Of a stretch of 64,000 nucleotides of DNA, positions 11,297 through 21,287 are shown one piece after another. Made by a program: the position numbers and the translations under genes. Within the stretch, counting starts at the first letter, position 1; every line of letters starts with the position of its first letter. Under the pieces are notes generated by a model. It saw nothing but the letters and a program-made list of their open reading frames with translations, made no database searches and had not been told where the DNA came from. This stretch comes from Haliotis cracherodii (lineage: Eukaryota): assembly GCF_022045235.1 (NCBI RefSeq), contig NW_027266270.1:12400001-12464000 (forward strand), written 5' to 3'.

Positions 11297-13558
11297 ATGG
11301 GACGAGGCCAGCTGTATTCTCGGGGCATGAAGAAACAAAGCCTTTCGACAACAGCCTTGCTGAACGCGCTGTTGTTAGGCTTATTTCTGAACCTGTGTCC
11401 TCTGTCAGTTTTCTTTACTGATCCAAATAGCCCGGAATTGTGCTTCATCAACTGGAAGAATTTGTTCTACACTGGACTCTGCTTTCTGAAACTCGTCTTC
11501 GCTCTACTGAAAAACAGGGTGCGAACGTCCCTATTGAGATATGGCGGATGGAGGGTTTTCTGCTGTGGCACGTTCATTGTCTTATCTAGTTACCTATTTG
11601 TTGTCTTAGTTTTGGACAGAGCAGCGCTTTGGACATGGGAAACATTTGAATACAATTACATCAATAGATTAGAGGATAGCGTCGTTACCATAGATGAAAC
11701 CAGATCCCAGTTTATGGTGCGTGATCGTGAGATCCCCGGTCCAGAACCCCTGAAGCTCGAGAGACACATGAGATACGAAGGTGAAGACGTAAGACTGGTA
11801 TGTGAAGACATGCTGGTTTTCAATGGAATTGTGAAATTCCACGAGAAGCAGGTGATCTGGAAGCATAATAGGCAGAAAATCGAATCATCGCCCCAGCATC
11901 ATATCACAACAGTGTTTGAAGAAGTCACTTTGAATACTTCTAAAACATTATCCACTGAGTATGACTTCTATATCTATCATGTGAAGTCAAAGCTTGACAT
12001 TAATCTTATCAATGCTGAAGATTTTGGAAAATATTCCTGTCACGTTGCAAAACTGGCCACATTGCTTGCGTCATATGCTAGCGTCAATATGAAAAAAACA
12101 AACGCGGATGAACAAAGTCAGTCTAGAAGAAAAGAATCGTATGAATGTCCGAATGTCCGCAAAGAGCCAACCAAATGCCCATGTCCTGATGAGGATTTGC
12201 CGTCCATGAACTTTAATCCCTTGCCATACACCTGGACTGCAGAGTTCAGTTTAGCAAAGATCAAACCTACGAGAAGAACTGTTTCTGTTCCAGTAGGTGG
12301 TATTGTTTCAACAAGTGCTTCATATAGTTATTTGGAAGACGCGCCAAATCTAATTGACTTTGATCATGAAATCAACGGAAAGTCCTTCCAAAATACATGC
12401 GAGGGACTTGATCAGTCATGCTCCATATTTGTGTTCCTGTACTGGTTCCTGTGGCATGATGGTGGCCATTACTCAAACATTCCTGCCTTCTATCAACAAC
12501 TTCAGATGGTGGAGGGCGTTGGCGGAACAAGCTGGCAATGCGTTTGTCCTAACACATACGGAGTCCACAAATTCGTCTTCTATCGCCAGTTCTATGATAC
12601 AACTCGGGGAACGAACACAATTATTGAAGTGGATTACCCAGACACTGTCGAACTTGTTCCCGAGGAACCCCATCTCTTAGACTTGTACTACAATGGCTCA
12701 AAGAAAGCTCTTCCGTTGCCAGAGCCGTCTTGTTGGGGGAGTGTGAAAACAAAAGCCTGTGAACTACTTGAAATGTTTCTAAAGAATCTATCCTATAACT
12801 ACTTTTATAAAGAAAAGCAGATATTCCTCGGCGGATTCATGTTTTGTCTAGTATTGCCTTGGATTTTGACCAGAACGATATTGACATGGGTGACCAATCC
12901 AATCATCAACATGATACTAGGGAGGAGACGAGTCAACATCCAACCAATCCAAGGAAGTGGTACACTGGCAGGACTTGCGCCAGCAGACAACACTGTTTTT
13001 AAATACGACCTCTACATTTCCTATGCTGATGAACAGACGGCAATGGCGTCTGAAATTGCCCAGGCGCTCACCTCGTGGGGTTTAAGGGTGTGTTTTCGTG
13101 ATAATGATGTTCTCGGAAATGAAATTGTTAACCAGGCTGTTTCAAGGCTGATTGTGGAGAGCTGGAAATTCCTCGTCATTGTCTCACAAGAATACGTCGA
13201 CAGCCAACTTCAGAATAATTTTGAAATGCACCTTATCATACAGAGGCTCCGTGATGGCTATATTAACAATAGAAATGTTGCCATGTTAGCCCTCAATCCT
13301 GATTTGATTCCAGATGTCTTCAGCAGTTTTGTTATTTTAAGCCACTATGAAAACAGTTCTGATGATTTGGATGACATAATGTTATGGCATGGACAATCTA
13401 TATTTCCTAATGATTCAAACACCTCGGCCAAAATTACAGGATCATGCCACTGCCGAGGGATCTTCGATTGCCTTCCACGATTCTTGACATATTTTATTAG
13501 AACAAGTTATGTTTTCTGTTTCATATTTTGTCTTGTACTTTTAACATGGTCTGTTTGA
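11297..13558 (+). CDS. Ig-TIR membrane receptor-like protein, paralog A (753 aa, single coding exon)
   Basis: Long ORF. Ig motifs EGEDVRLVC / VIWKHN / SKLDI..INAEDFGKYSC. TIR box 1 YDLYISY, box 2 GLRVCFRDNDV, then SWKFLVIVSQEY. Hydrophobic stretches at the N-terminus, before the TIR and at the C-terminus. Splice acceptor TTTTGTTTCAG just upstream. Confidence 0.9.
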   Translation: MGRGQLYSRGMKKQSLSTTALLNALLLGLFLNLCPLSVFFTDPNSPELCFINWKNLFYTGLCFLKLVFALLKNRVRTSLLRYGGWRVFCCGTFIVLSSYLFVVLVLDRAALWTWETFEYNYINRLEDSVVTIDETRSQFMVRDREIPGPEPLKLERHMRYEGEDVRLVCEDMLVFNGIVKFHEKQVIWKHNRQKIESSPQHHITTVFEEVTLNTSKTLSTEYDFYIYHVKSKLDINLINAEDFGKYSCHVAKLATLLASYASVNMKKTNADEQSQSRRKESYECPNVRKEPTKCPCPDEDLPSMNFNPLPYTWTAEFSLAKIKPTRRTVSVPVGGIVSTSASYSYLEDAPNLIDFDHEINGKSFQNTCEGLDQSCSIFVFLYWFLWHDGGHYSNIPAFYQQLQMVEGVGGTSWQCVCPNTYGVHKFVFYRQFYDTTRGTNTIIEVDYPDTVELVPEEPHLLDLYYNGSKKALPLPEPSCWGSVKTKACELLEMFLKNLSYNYFYKEKQIFLGGFMFCLVLPWILTRTILTWVTNPIINMILGRRRVNIQPIQGSGTLAGLAPADNTVFKYDLYISYADEQTAMASEIAQALTSWGLRVCFRDNDVLGNEIVNQAVSRLIVESWKFLVIVSQEYVDSQLQNNFEMHLIIQRLRDGYINNRNVAMLALNPDLIPDVFSSFVILSHYENSSDDLDDIMLWHGQSIFPNDSNTSAKITGSCHCRGIFDCLPRFLTYFIRTSYVFCFIFCLVLLTWSV

Positions 13559-14796
13559 TTGAAGACCTCTGTGCTTGCCTTGTTGGCCTTATATGACCGC
13601 GTTTGCCTTATATGGAGCATTGCTGTTGTATCAATATAATGTATCATTGAAAGATATGAAGAAATGAGTGCACCTGGTGTTAAATAAGTTCAGTATTAGG
13701 AGGTTAGGATCTCTACAGGGACTGAGCATCTATTTTCAACAAGACATTTGGGTGCATGAGGGATGCGATTATTATGATGACCATACTTCTCTGTACATTG
13801 TATGCTCGTCAAAACAATTTAGGGATCACTGATATTTTGTAGCACTGTTCATTCGATTCCTTAAAATTTGGTGAATGGACTCCTGATCGACGGCTAACGT
13901 ACTGATATTGAGGACTACCCTTACTCAAGTGACTACATGACCAGAACAAAGAATTTGAATCATACTGAACTCGTAAACGTTCATTTTGACCAGCACTAAT
14001 TTTCATGGAAATTCTTGTTGTAATCTCCTCCTCACATCTACCGTAAAAATGGAGATCGTTCATTTGCTCACTTATTCTCATGAAGCATGAGCCAAAAGGA
14101 ATTTTGTGCGAAATTTGGGTTGATAAAGGCAGGTCGCTATGAAACTGCATCACTGTGTTCAACATGCCACAACGTCGACACCTCACGATTGAAGAACGAG
14201 CCAGAGCTATTGGGTGGCTAAATGAGAATGTTTCACAGCGGGAAGCTGCTCCAAGGTTAAATGTTAGTACATCCGTCATCTGCATATTACGTCAGCGATT
14301 CCAACAAACACAGACAGTACATGATAGACCAAGGTCAGGACGCCCTCGTGTGACAACATGAAGAGGAGACCGGTACGTCGTTGTTGAAGCATTGAGGAGG
14401 AGAACAGTCACAGCAAACCATCTTCGAAAGCAACTGAGGGCTGCTACAGGAACAAATGTCAGTGACCAAACCATAAGAAACCGTATGAGGGAAAGAAACA
14501 TCTGGCCCCGACGTCAAGCCGTTAGACCGCTTCTTCTTCCGCGTCACAGAGCAGCCAGAGACGCATGGGCACGGCAACACCGACAGTGGACAAGACAACA
14601 GTGGTCAGCAGTTCTTTTTTTCTGACGAATCTCGGTTCTCACTGAAGCATAATGACGGTCGTGTTCTTGTCTACAGACGGCGTGGGGAACGTTTTACTGA
14701 CGTCAACGTCCGTGAGCACAATCGTTTTGGTGGTGGTAGTGTCATGATGTGGGCCGCCTTCTAATTTCATCACAGAACCAATCTTTATGTCATCAA

Positions 14797-15070
14797 CGTC
14801 TAAGGCGCCGCGATTCGCTGTGCAGAGTTGCGTCTCTTGGGCACGCCAGAAACCAATGATTGTGGGTTCGAATCCCGGTTCGCCCCGATTATGTTTGAAT
14901 TCTAGGTTTGTCAGTACAATACCCGTGCTCGTGGGTTTCACCGAAGTGGTAAACGTCCGAGACCTGCATCACTTCGGGCTTTCCTCCCACATTAAGCTGA
15001 CACGCCGTGATATAACTGGAATACTGTTAAAAGCAGCGTTAAACCCAACTCACTCTCTCACTCACTCACT
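14797..15070 (+). mobile_element. SINE (family 2) inside the Tc1 transposase
   Basis: GTCTAAGGCGCCGCG..GGTTCGAATCCC B box..(ACTC)n tail. Confidence 0.85.
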
Positions 15071-15463
15071 CCTGATATGGCACCCATTGAACACGTATGG
15101 GATCTGTTAACGAGACGTGTTAGGGAGAACCACCCTCCACCTCAAGATCTGCGCCAGCTTGCTCAATGGCTGAATTTGGAGTGGCATGCTATCCCACAGA
15201 ACACACTACAGACATTAGTGACATCCATGAGGCGTCGTTGTGTTGCATGTGTGGCTGCTAGGGGCGGACACACTCGTTACTGACTTTTCTCTCATGGCCT
15301 GGATTTCCAACTTTGACCCCAGTGACATTATTGACATCAACACTTGTTCACGTTATGAAATGAAGTGGATTGTTCATGATTCTGTCTTACTGTATGCTCG
15401 GTCATTATTGAATTTACTACACATGTCTTCGTCTTCTGTTCCTTTTTTATTTTAAGTGCTAAC

Positions 15464-15745
15464 AGGGGGCACGGGTGGCCCAGTCGTCTAAGGCGCCGCG
15501 ATTCGCTGTGCAGAGTTGTGTCCCTTGGGTACGCCAGAAACATAATTGTGGGTTCGAATCCCGATTCGCCCCGATTATGTTTCTAGGTTTGTCAGCACCA
15601 TACCCGTGCTCGTGGGTTTCACTGAAGTGGTAAACGTCTGAGACCTGCATCACTTCGAGCTTTCCTCCTACATTAAGCTGACACGCCGTGATATAACTGG
15701 AATACTGTTAAAAGCGGCGTTAAATCCAACTCACTCACTCACTCA
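15464..15745 (+). mobile_element. Full-length SINE (family 2) with TSD
   Basis: GGGGGCACGGGTGGCCCAGTCG head; flanked by TTAAGTGCTAACA / TTAAGTGCAAACA. Confidence 0.88.
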
Positions 15746-16010
15746 ATTAAGTGCAAACATATCAATGTTCCCTAACTTCTTTTGAGTAGTATATATGGAC
15801 CCCGTGAGGATTCTGGGTTGGAATAGGTCTGAAGAGCCGGTTAAAGAGGATCGACCGGTCAATCCCAGCGATTGGATTTATACAAAATCTCGTATCAAGA
15901 CTATGTAATGGGTAGATAGCATGGATGGATCATGTGTATAGGATCACGTGTGTTATATGGTATATTGGAGAGAATTATATCACATTGTAGAAGATTATCT
16001 CACATCTTAA

Positions 16011-16830
16011 GGATCCACGAGTTCGTCTTCTACCGTCAGTTCTACAATACATCCCTTGGATTATACGAAGTTATTGTTGTGGAATATTCTACTTGTGTGG
16101 TGTAATCAATGCAGATACTTGAGTATCTTTTGTAAAGGACTGGTTTGGATTTTGACCAATCTCATTAAAATCAGATCTTAGTTCTCGCTACCGCTAAACA
16201 AAGATCTGAGAACACCCCATTACTGGTCATGTCAGACCGACGTTGCGCGACCGACCGATGGAATGACCGACAAGAAGTCGACATTAGCCAATAAGAAAGC
16301 AGCTTTCTCGTGCTTTACGGCACTAATTTCAAATTGGCGACTACGTTTCGAAACATATTTTGACAAATTCTCGATTAAAAGTTTGAAATCTGAACAAAAG
16401 AACATTCTGGATTTATGGCTTATAGATGGTCTAGATTGTATGCATGGATTCAGTCGTTAAGCTCGTAACTATCGCTGGGAATACCCCGTGTTAAGGTTTT
16501 CGAGGTTGCATGATCAGAAATCATATTCCAACTGTCACTTTTATGATCTGGTAAGCGACGCTCTGATTGGTCGGATGAAAGGTGAACCCAAATGGGATGT
16601 CCTCAGACCAAGAACGATGTTGAGACGGAAGACATATCCAAGCATCAGTATGATACTTGGGAGGAGAAATGTAAATATTCAGTCAATTCAAGGAAGGGGA
16701 ACAATAGAAAGACTTGCACCACCAGACATCAATGTTGATAAATGCGACCTCTATATTCCTATGCTGACGATCAGAGGACAAAAGAGCCCAAGCTCTCAAC
16801 TGGCAAGGTTTGGGAGTGGGGTTCTAAATG
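16011..16830 (+). pseudogene. Degraded fifth copy of the Ig-TIR gene (central, TM and early TIR fragments), split by an insertion
   Basis: 16011-16090 matches GVHKFVFYRQFYNT..VEY. 16137-16158 and 16611-16780 match GLAWILT|RT..NPIINMILGRRRVNIQPIQGRGT..LAP..KYDLYI. Deletions and frameshifts are present. Confidence 0.85.
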
Positions 16831-16984
16831 TAAATTTGTAATCGCAGACCTGTTGAATATTGAATGAAATGACCTAACCTGGCTATGTATATATTTTGTA
16901 CACATACACGCACATTCGCACTTGTAAGCGATTGAGTGAACATGCCTGTTTATTGCTTCGGGCATTGCTGATCACAGCTGACGC

Positions 16985-17805
16985 AACTGATCTATTTATA
17001 TACCTTAGGTTTTACCCTGTCGCTTTTGTATTTGAGCGGCATCGACCAGTGTTTGGTTAAACAGGTAACATGTTGTTAAACAGTCTCGATAAATTAATAA
17101 TACAAAACTTAGCCATGTATATGCCACACACCGTTATATAGGACCAAATCTGTAAATAATAGTTAAAATTATGTGCAACATCTCTGTCACATGTACCAAG
17201 CGCCTGGGGCCTGTTAGGTGCTTGAATTAAGATTGATTAATGTTATGCAGAATGCACGTAATTTGTGACTTCTGTTCCCATGAAAAGTGGTGTGGTGGGA
17301 CGTTGTGTTCAGAAACCTATTTGGCGCCATTTATCAACACATCAACTTCCAACTTTATAACCGATCTTACCCCGTGGTGATTCCGGGTTAGAACAGGCAA
17401 CCGGTAATTTATTTTCATCACAAGGACCGACTGGTGAGTCGGGTGGTCAGGCTCGATGAATTGGTTGATTGTGCGTCATGGTACCCCAACAGCGTCGATC
17501 GTTGTTAATACTATCAACAGCTAAATTACCTTGCTCGGGTTCGATGATTTATAGGCCGACTTTATATAAACGTAAAAGAGTTCTAGCTGAGTATGCACAA
17601 CTTAACAAAACTAGGTATTGATATCGTCTCCAAAACGCAACCAGGTGTTATAGACGCACTCTTACTGAAAACATTATGTATGTGAAGTTGTTTATCAACA
17701 ACAGCTCCGATTGCAAGCTTGTTGTGTCTCGATGGACCCGGAGTAAATACACTGAAAAACAGCTGACTACTGCTTTTAAGATACCAGTGAATAAGGTATG
17801 CTTGT
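16985..17805 (+). promoter_or_regulatory. Putative promoter and 5'-UTR exons of paralog B
   Basis: TATTTATA at about 16994. Donor-like sites CAG|GTAACA (about 17063) and AAG|GTATGC (about 17795) are conserved in the mirror arm (about 42055, about 40015). Acceptor TTTTGTCCCCAG at about 18196. Confidence 0.4.
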
Positions 17806-18218
17806 ACACATAATAATATATTAACGTTTCCTGATGGTATCGATTTTGATAGAAGTGATGTTGAATAGTAAGCCTATCTTAAACGCAGCTTAAGAACGGC
17901 CATTTCTGTTACCTATAGGCAGGGCATTTTTAGACACAGGTAATTTCAATAATTTATATTTAATATACACAATTGATGCACGGGTTGATGCATGTCATTG
18001 TATACCAATTACGTGGACCGATGCTCATGATGTCAAACATGTGACACAATATCAATCACTGGATTGTCTGGTCCAGACTCGATTATTTACAAACCGCAGT
18101 CATATCGTTAGAATATTGATGAACGCGGCGTTAAACAACAAACAAGCAAATCATAAACAGTGGTGATTTTAGTTTATTTATTGATTTTGTCCCCAGCTCA
18201 CCAGTCGGCGTGTACAAC

Positions 18219-20480
18219 ATGGACCAACGACGAAAGCTGTATTCTGGGGCTACAAGGAAACCACCCGTTTCTACACCAGCCTTGCTATGTGTCCTGTCTG
18301 TTGGCTTAGCGCTGAACCTTTGTCCTATCATCGACTTATTTACCGACCCAAACAGCCCTGACTTGTGTTTCATTAATTGGTATAAGCTGCTGTATATTGG
18401 ATACTGTTTCCTGAACCTCATTGTTGCTCTGTTGAGAAGCTCTGCCCGGAGGTCTGTGCTGAGATATGGCGGTTGGAGGGTGTTCCTGTGTGGCATGTTC
18501 ATCGTCGTGTCGAGTTATATCTTTGTTACGGTTGTTTTGGACAGATCAGCTCTATGGACGTGGAACACTTTTGAATCCAATTTCATCAAGAGACTGGAGA
18601 GCAACGTCGTTGGGATATTCGAAACTAGGCCTGACTTCGTTGTTCGTGAGTTCCGCACTCTAGAACCCATGAAACTCGAGCGACAAGCCAGGTATGAAGG
18701 TGAAGATGTAAGACTCGTGTGTGAGAACATCTTGATTTTCAATGGAAGAGTAACATTTCACGAGAAACAGGTCATCTGGAAGCATAATAAAGAAAGAATT
18801 GAATCGTCATCCCGACACCACATCACCACGTCGTTTGACGAAATACCTACAAATGAGACTATAAGAACATTGTCGAGTCTTCTTGATATGGACCTTCATT
18901 TATATCGTGTTGAATCAAAACTTGATATCTATCTAATTGAAGATGGTGATTTTGGAAAATTCTCCTGTCATGTTGCCAAAAAAGCTATAGCTATAGAATC
19001 GCAGCACAGTAAATCAGACACAGCTTCAAAACAGACCCGAACAACCACAAAGGAAAAAGTCCAAAATAAACCAAGAGAGAAACAACAATCACCCGAATGT
19101 CCTAAAACACGTGATGAACAGAACCGATGTCCCTGTCATTTTGAGGATTGGGCCCACATGAACTTAAATGTTTTACCCTATCAGTGGACGGCAGAGTTCA
19201 GTCTGGCGAAGATCAAACCTACGAGAAGAATTGTGTCTGTTCCAATAGGTGGTATTGTTTCAACAAATGCTTCATATAGTTATTTGAATGACGGGCCAAG
19301 CGTAATTGACTTTGATCATGAAATCAACGGAAATTCCTTCGTAAGTACATGCGAGGGACTTGATCAGTCATGCTCCATATTTGTGTACCTGTACTGGTTC
19401 CTGTGGCATGATGGAGGCCATTACTCAAACATTCCTGCCTTCTATCAACAACTTCAGATGGTGGAGGGCGTTGGCGGCACAAGCTGGCAATGTGTTTGTC
19501 CTAACACATACGGAGTCCACAAATTCGTCTTCTATCGCCAGTTCTACAATACGACTCTTGGAACATACCAAGTTATTGATGTGGAATACCCAGACACTGT
19601 CGAACTTGTTCCCGAGGAACCCCATCTCTTAGACTTGCATTACAATGGCTCAAAGAAAGCTCTTCCGTTGCCAGAGCCGTCTTGTTGGGGGAATGTGGAA
19701 ACAAAAGCCTGTGAGTTACTTGAAAGGCTTCTAAGGAGTCTATGTTGTAACTACTTTAACAAAGAAAAGCAGATATTCCTCTGCGGATTAATATTTTGTT
19801 TAGGATTGGCTTGGATCTTGACCGGAACGATATTGAGATGGGTGACCAATCCATGTATCAACATGATACTTGGAAGAAGACGAGTTAACATTCAGCCAAT
19901 CCAAGGAAGAGGTACACTAGCAGGACTTGCTCCAGCAGACAACACTGTCGTTAAATACGACCTCTACATTTCCTATGCTGATGAACAGACGGCAATGGCG
20001 TCTGAAATTGCCCAGGCGCTCACCTCGCGGGGTTTGAAGGTGTGTTTTCGTGATAATGATGTTCTCGGACATGAGATTGTTACCCAGGCTGTTTCAAGGC
20101 TGATTGTGGAGAGCTGGAAATTCCTCGTCATTGTCTCACAAGAATACGTCGACAGCCAACTTCAGAATAATTTTGAAATGCCGCTTATCATACAGAGATT
20201 CCACGAGGGTTATATCAACGACAGAAACGTATCCCTCTTACCATTGCGCCATGATTTGATTTCCAATGTCTTGAACAATTTCATTGTTCTGGACAAGTGT
20301 GAAAACAGTGAGGATCTAATAGAAGATGTACTGTTATGGTATGGGCCGTCGCTATTTCCAAACACTGCCCATATCATCAGACGTCGCCACTACGGTTTTA
20401 CATCGACCTCAGCCTACTATGTCAGTGGTGTTTGCTTTTATTTGTTGCTTTGTATACTTCTTACGGGCTCTGTTTGGTAG
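18219..20480 (+). CDS. Ig-TIR membrane receptor-like protein, paralog B (first ATG at 18219)
   Basis: Same architecture as A: EGEDVRLVC..WKHN..DFGKFSC; YDLYISY..GLKVCFRDNDVLG..SWKFLVIVSQEY; hydrophobic C-terminal tail. AATAAA at about 20983. Confidence 0.9.
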   Translation: MDQRRKLYSGATRKPPVSTPALLCVLSVGLALNLCPIIDLFTDPNSPDLCFINWYKLLYIGYCFLNLIVALLRSSARRSVLRYGGWRVFLCGMFIVVSSYIFVTVVLDRSALWTWNTFESNFIKRLESNVVGIFETRPDFVVREFRTLEPMKLERQARYEGEDVRLVCENILIFNGRVTFHEKQVIWKHNKERIESSSRHHITTSFDEIPTNETIRTLSSLLDMDLHLYRVESKLDIYLIEDGDFGKFSCHVAKKAIAIESQHSKSDTASKQTRTTTKEKVQNKPREKQQSPECPKTRDEQNRCPCHFEDWAHMNLNVLPYQWTAEFSLAKIKPTRRIVSVPIGGIVSTNASYSYLNDGPSVIDFDHEINGNSFVSTCEGLDQSCSIFVYLYWFLWHDGGHYSNIPAFYQQLQMVEGVGGTSWQCVCPNTYGVHKFVFYRQFYNTTLGTYQVIDVEYPDTVELVPEEPHLLDLHYNGSKKALPLPEPSCWGNVETKACELLERLLRSLCCNYFNKEKQIFLCGLIFCLGLAWILTGTILRWVTNPCINMILGRRRVNIQPIQGRGTLAGLAPADNTVVKYDLYISYADEQTAMASEIAQALTSRGLKVCFRDNDVLGHEIVTQAVSRLIVESWKFLVIVSQEYVDSQLQNNFEMPLIIQRFHEGYINDRNVSLLPLRHDLISNVLNNFIVLDKCENSEDLIEDVLLWYGPSLFPNTAHIIRRRHYGFTSTSAYYVSGVCFYLLLCILLTGSVW

Positions 20481-20529
20481 AATATCTTTTCTAATTGTGT
20501 CATCATATATGAATTGCTGCTTAGGTTTT

Positions 20530-20780
20530 GATTTTTGTTTGTTTGTTGTTTAACGCCGCACTCAGCAATATTCCAGCTATTCCAGCGGTCTGTAAATAAA
20601 CTGCACCAGACAATCCAGTGATTGGCATCATAAGCATACATCCACGCAATTGTGATACAATGGCATGCATCAACCAAGTCAGCGAGATCCTGTTAGTCGC
20701 CTCTTACGACAAGCATAGTTGCTTTTTGCGGCAAGCATGGGTTGCTGAAGACCTTTTCTACCCCGGACCTTTACGGGTAG
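20530..20780 (-). mobile_element. SINE (family 3) in the 3' region of B
   Basis: (TTTG)n tail followed by the family-3 body; flanked by the duplicated GCTTAGGTTTTGA. Confidence 0.82.
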
Positions 20781-21287
20781 CTTAGGTTTTGAAATGGAGG
20801 AAGCAAAGGCTTGAGGGAAGGGATGTATGCGATGATGTTAGTTGTGAATTACCTCCCTTGCAATCTACGCACAGATGAAGTGACAACAATATGGTCCATA
20901 ATGTACAGAATTAACATGTTTTACATGTTGTTATAAGACTTGCATATAAATGTATATAAGACTTGTATATAAATGCTTGGTTAATAAACATATCTAGATA
21001 GACAATGACGCTTGTTCTGGTTATTGGAAACATACGATTGGATGCATCGTTATAGATATTACTAACGGTTCGAATATATTTTAATCACTTTGTATATATT
21101 TATAAGCTCGTAAAAATGCGGTAATACTCAAAGAAAAGAATAGTTTACATTGATTTAAGCAAAAGTGAAAAAAGAATTGAAATGAAATACATGTATAAAA
21201 TTTAACTATACTGAAATCTTGCATAATTTCTTACAATATTTTATTCAAAAGAAGATACTAGTAATTGATTATACACAGAAAACAATC

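Larger units (their letters stand above)
13801..15793 (+). mobile_element. Decayed Tc1-like DNA transposon with two nested SINEs
   Basis: Transposase fragments MPQRRHLTIEERARAIG, RPRSGRPRVTT, W..VLF-DESRF, FGGGSVMMW, PIEHVWD..RRRCVACVAARGGHTRY. Degenerate TIRs at 13801 and about 15755-15793. An empty site exists in the mirror arm at about 45520. Confidence 0.88.

Noticed and set aside
12354-12680. Conserved overlapping ORFs (LISHAPYLCSCTGSCGMM..) repeated in all four receptor genes
   Set aside because: They are shifted-frame or antisense shadows of the nucleotide-identical tract, with no independent evidence of coding.
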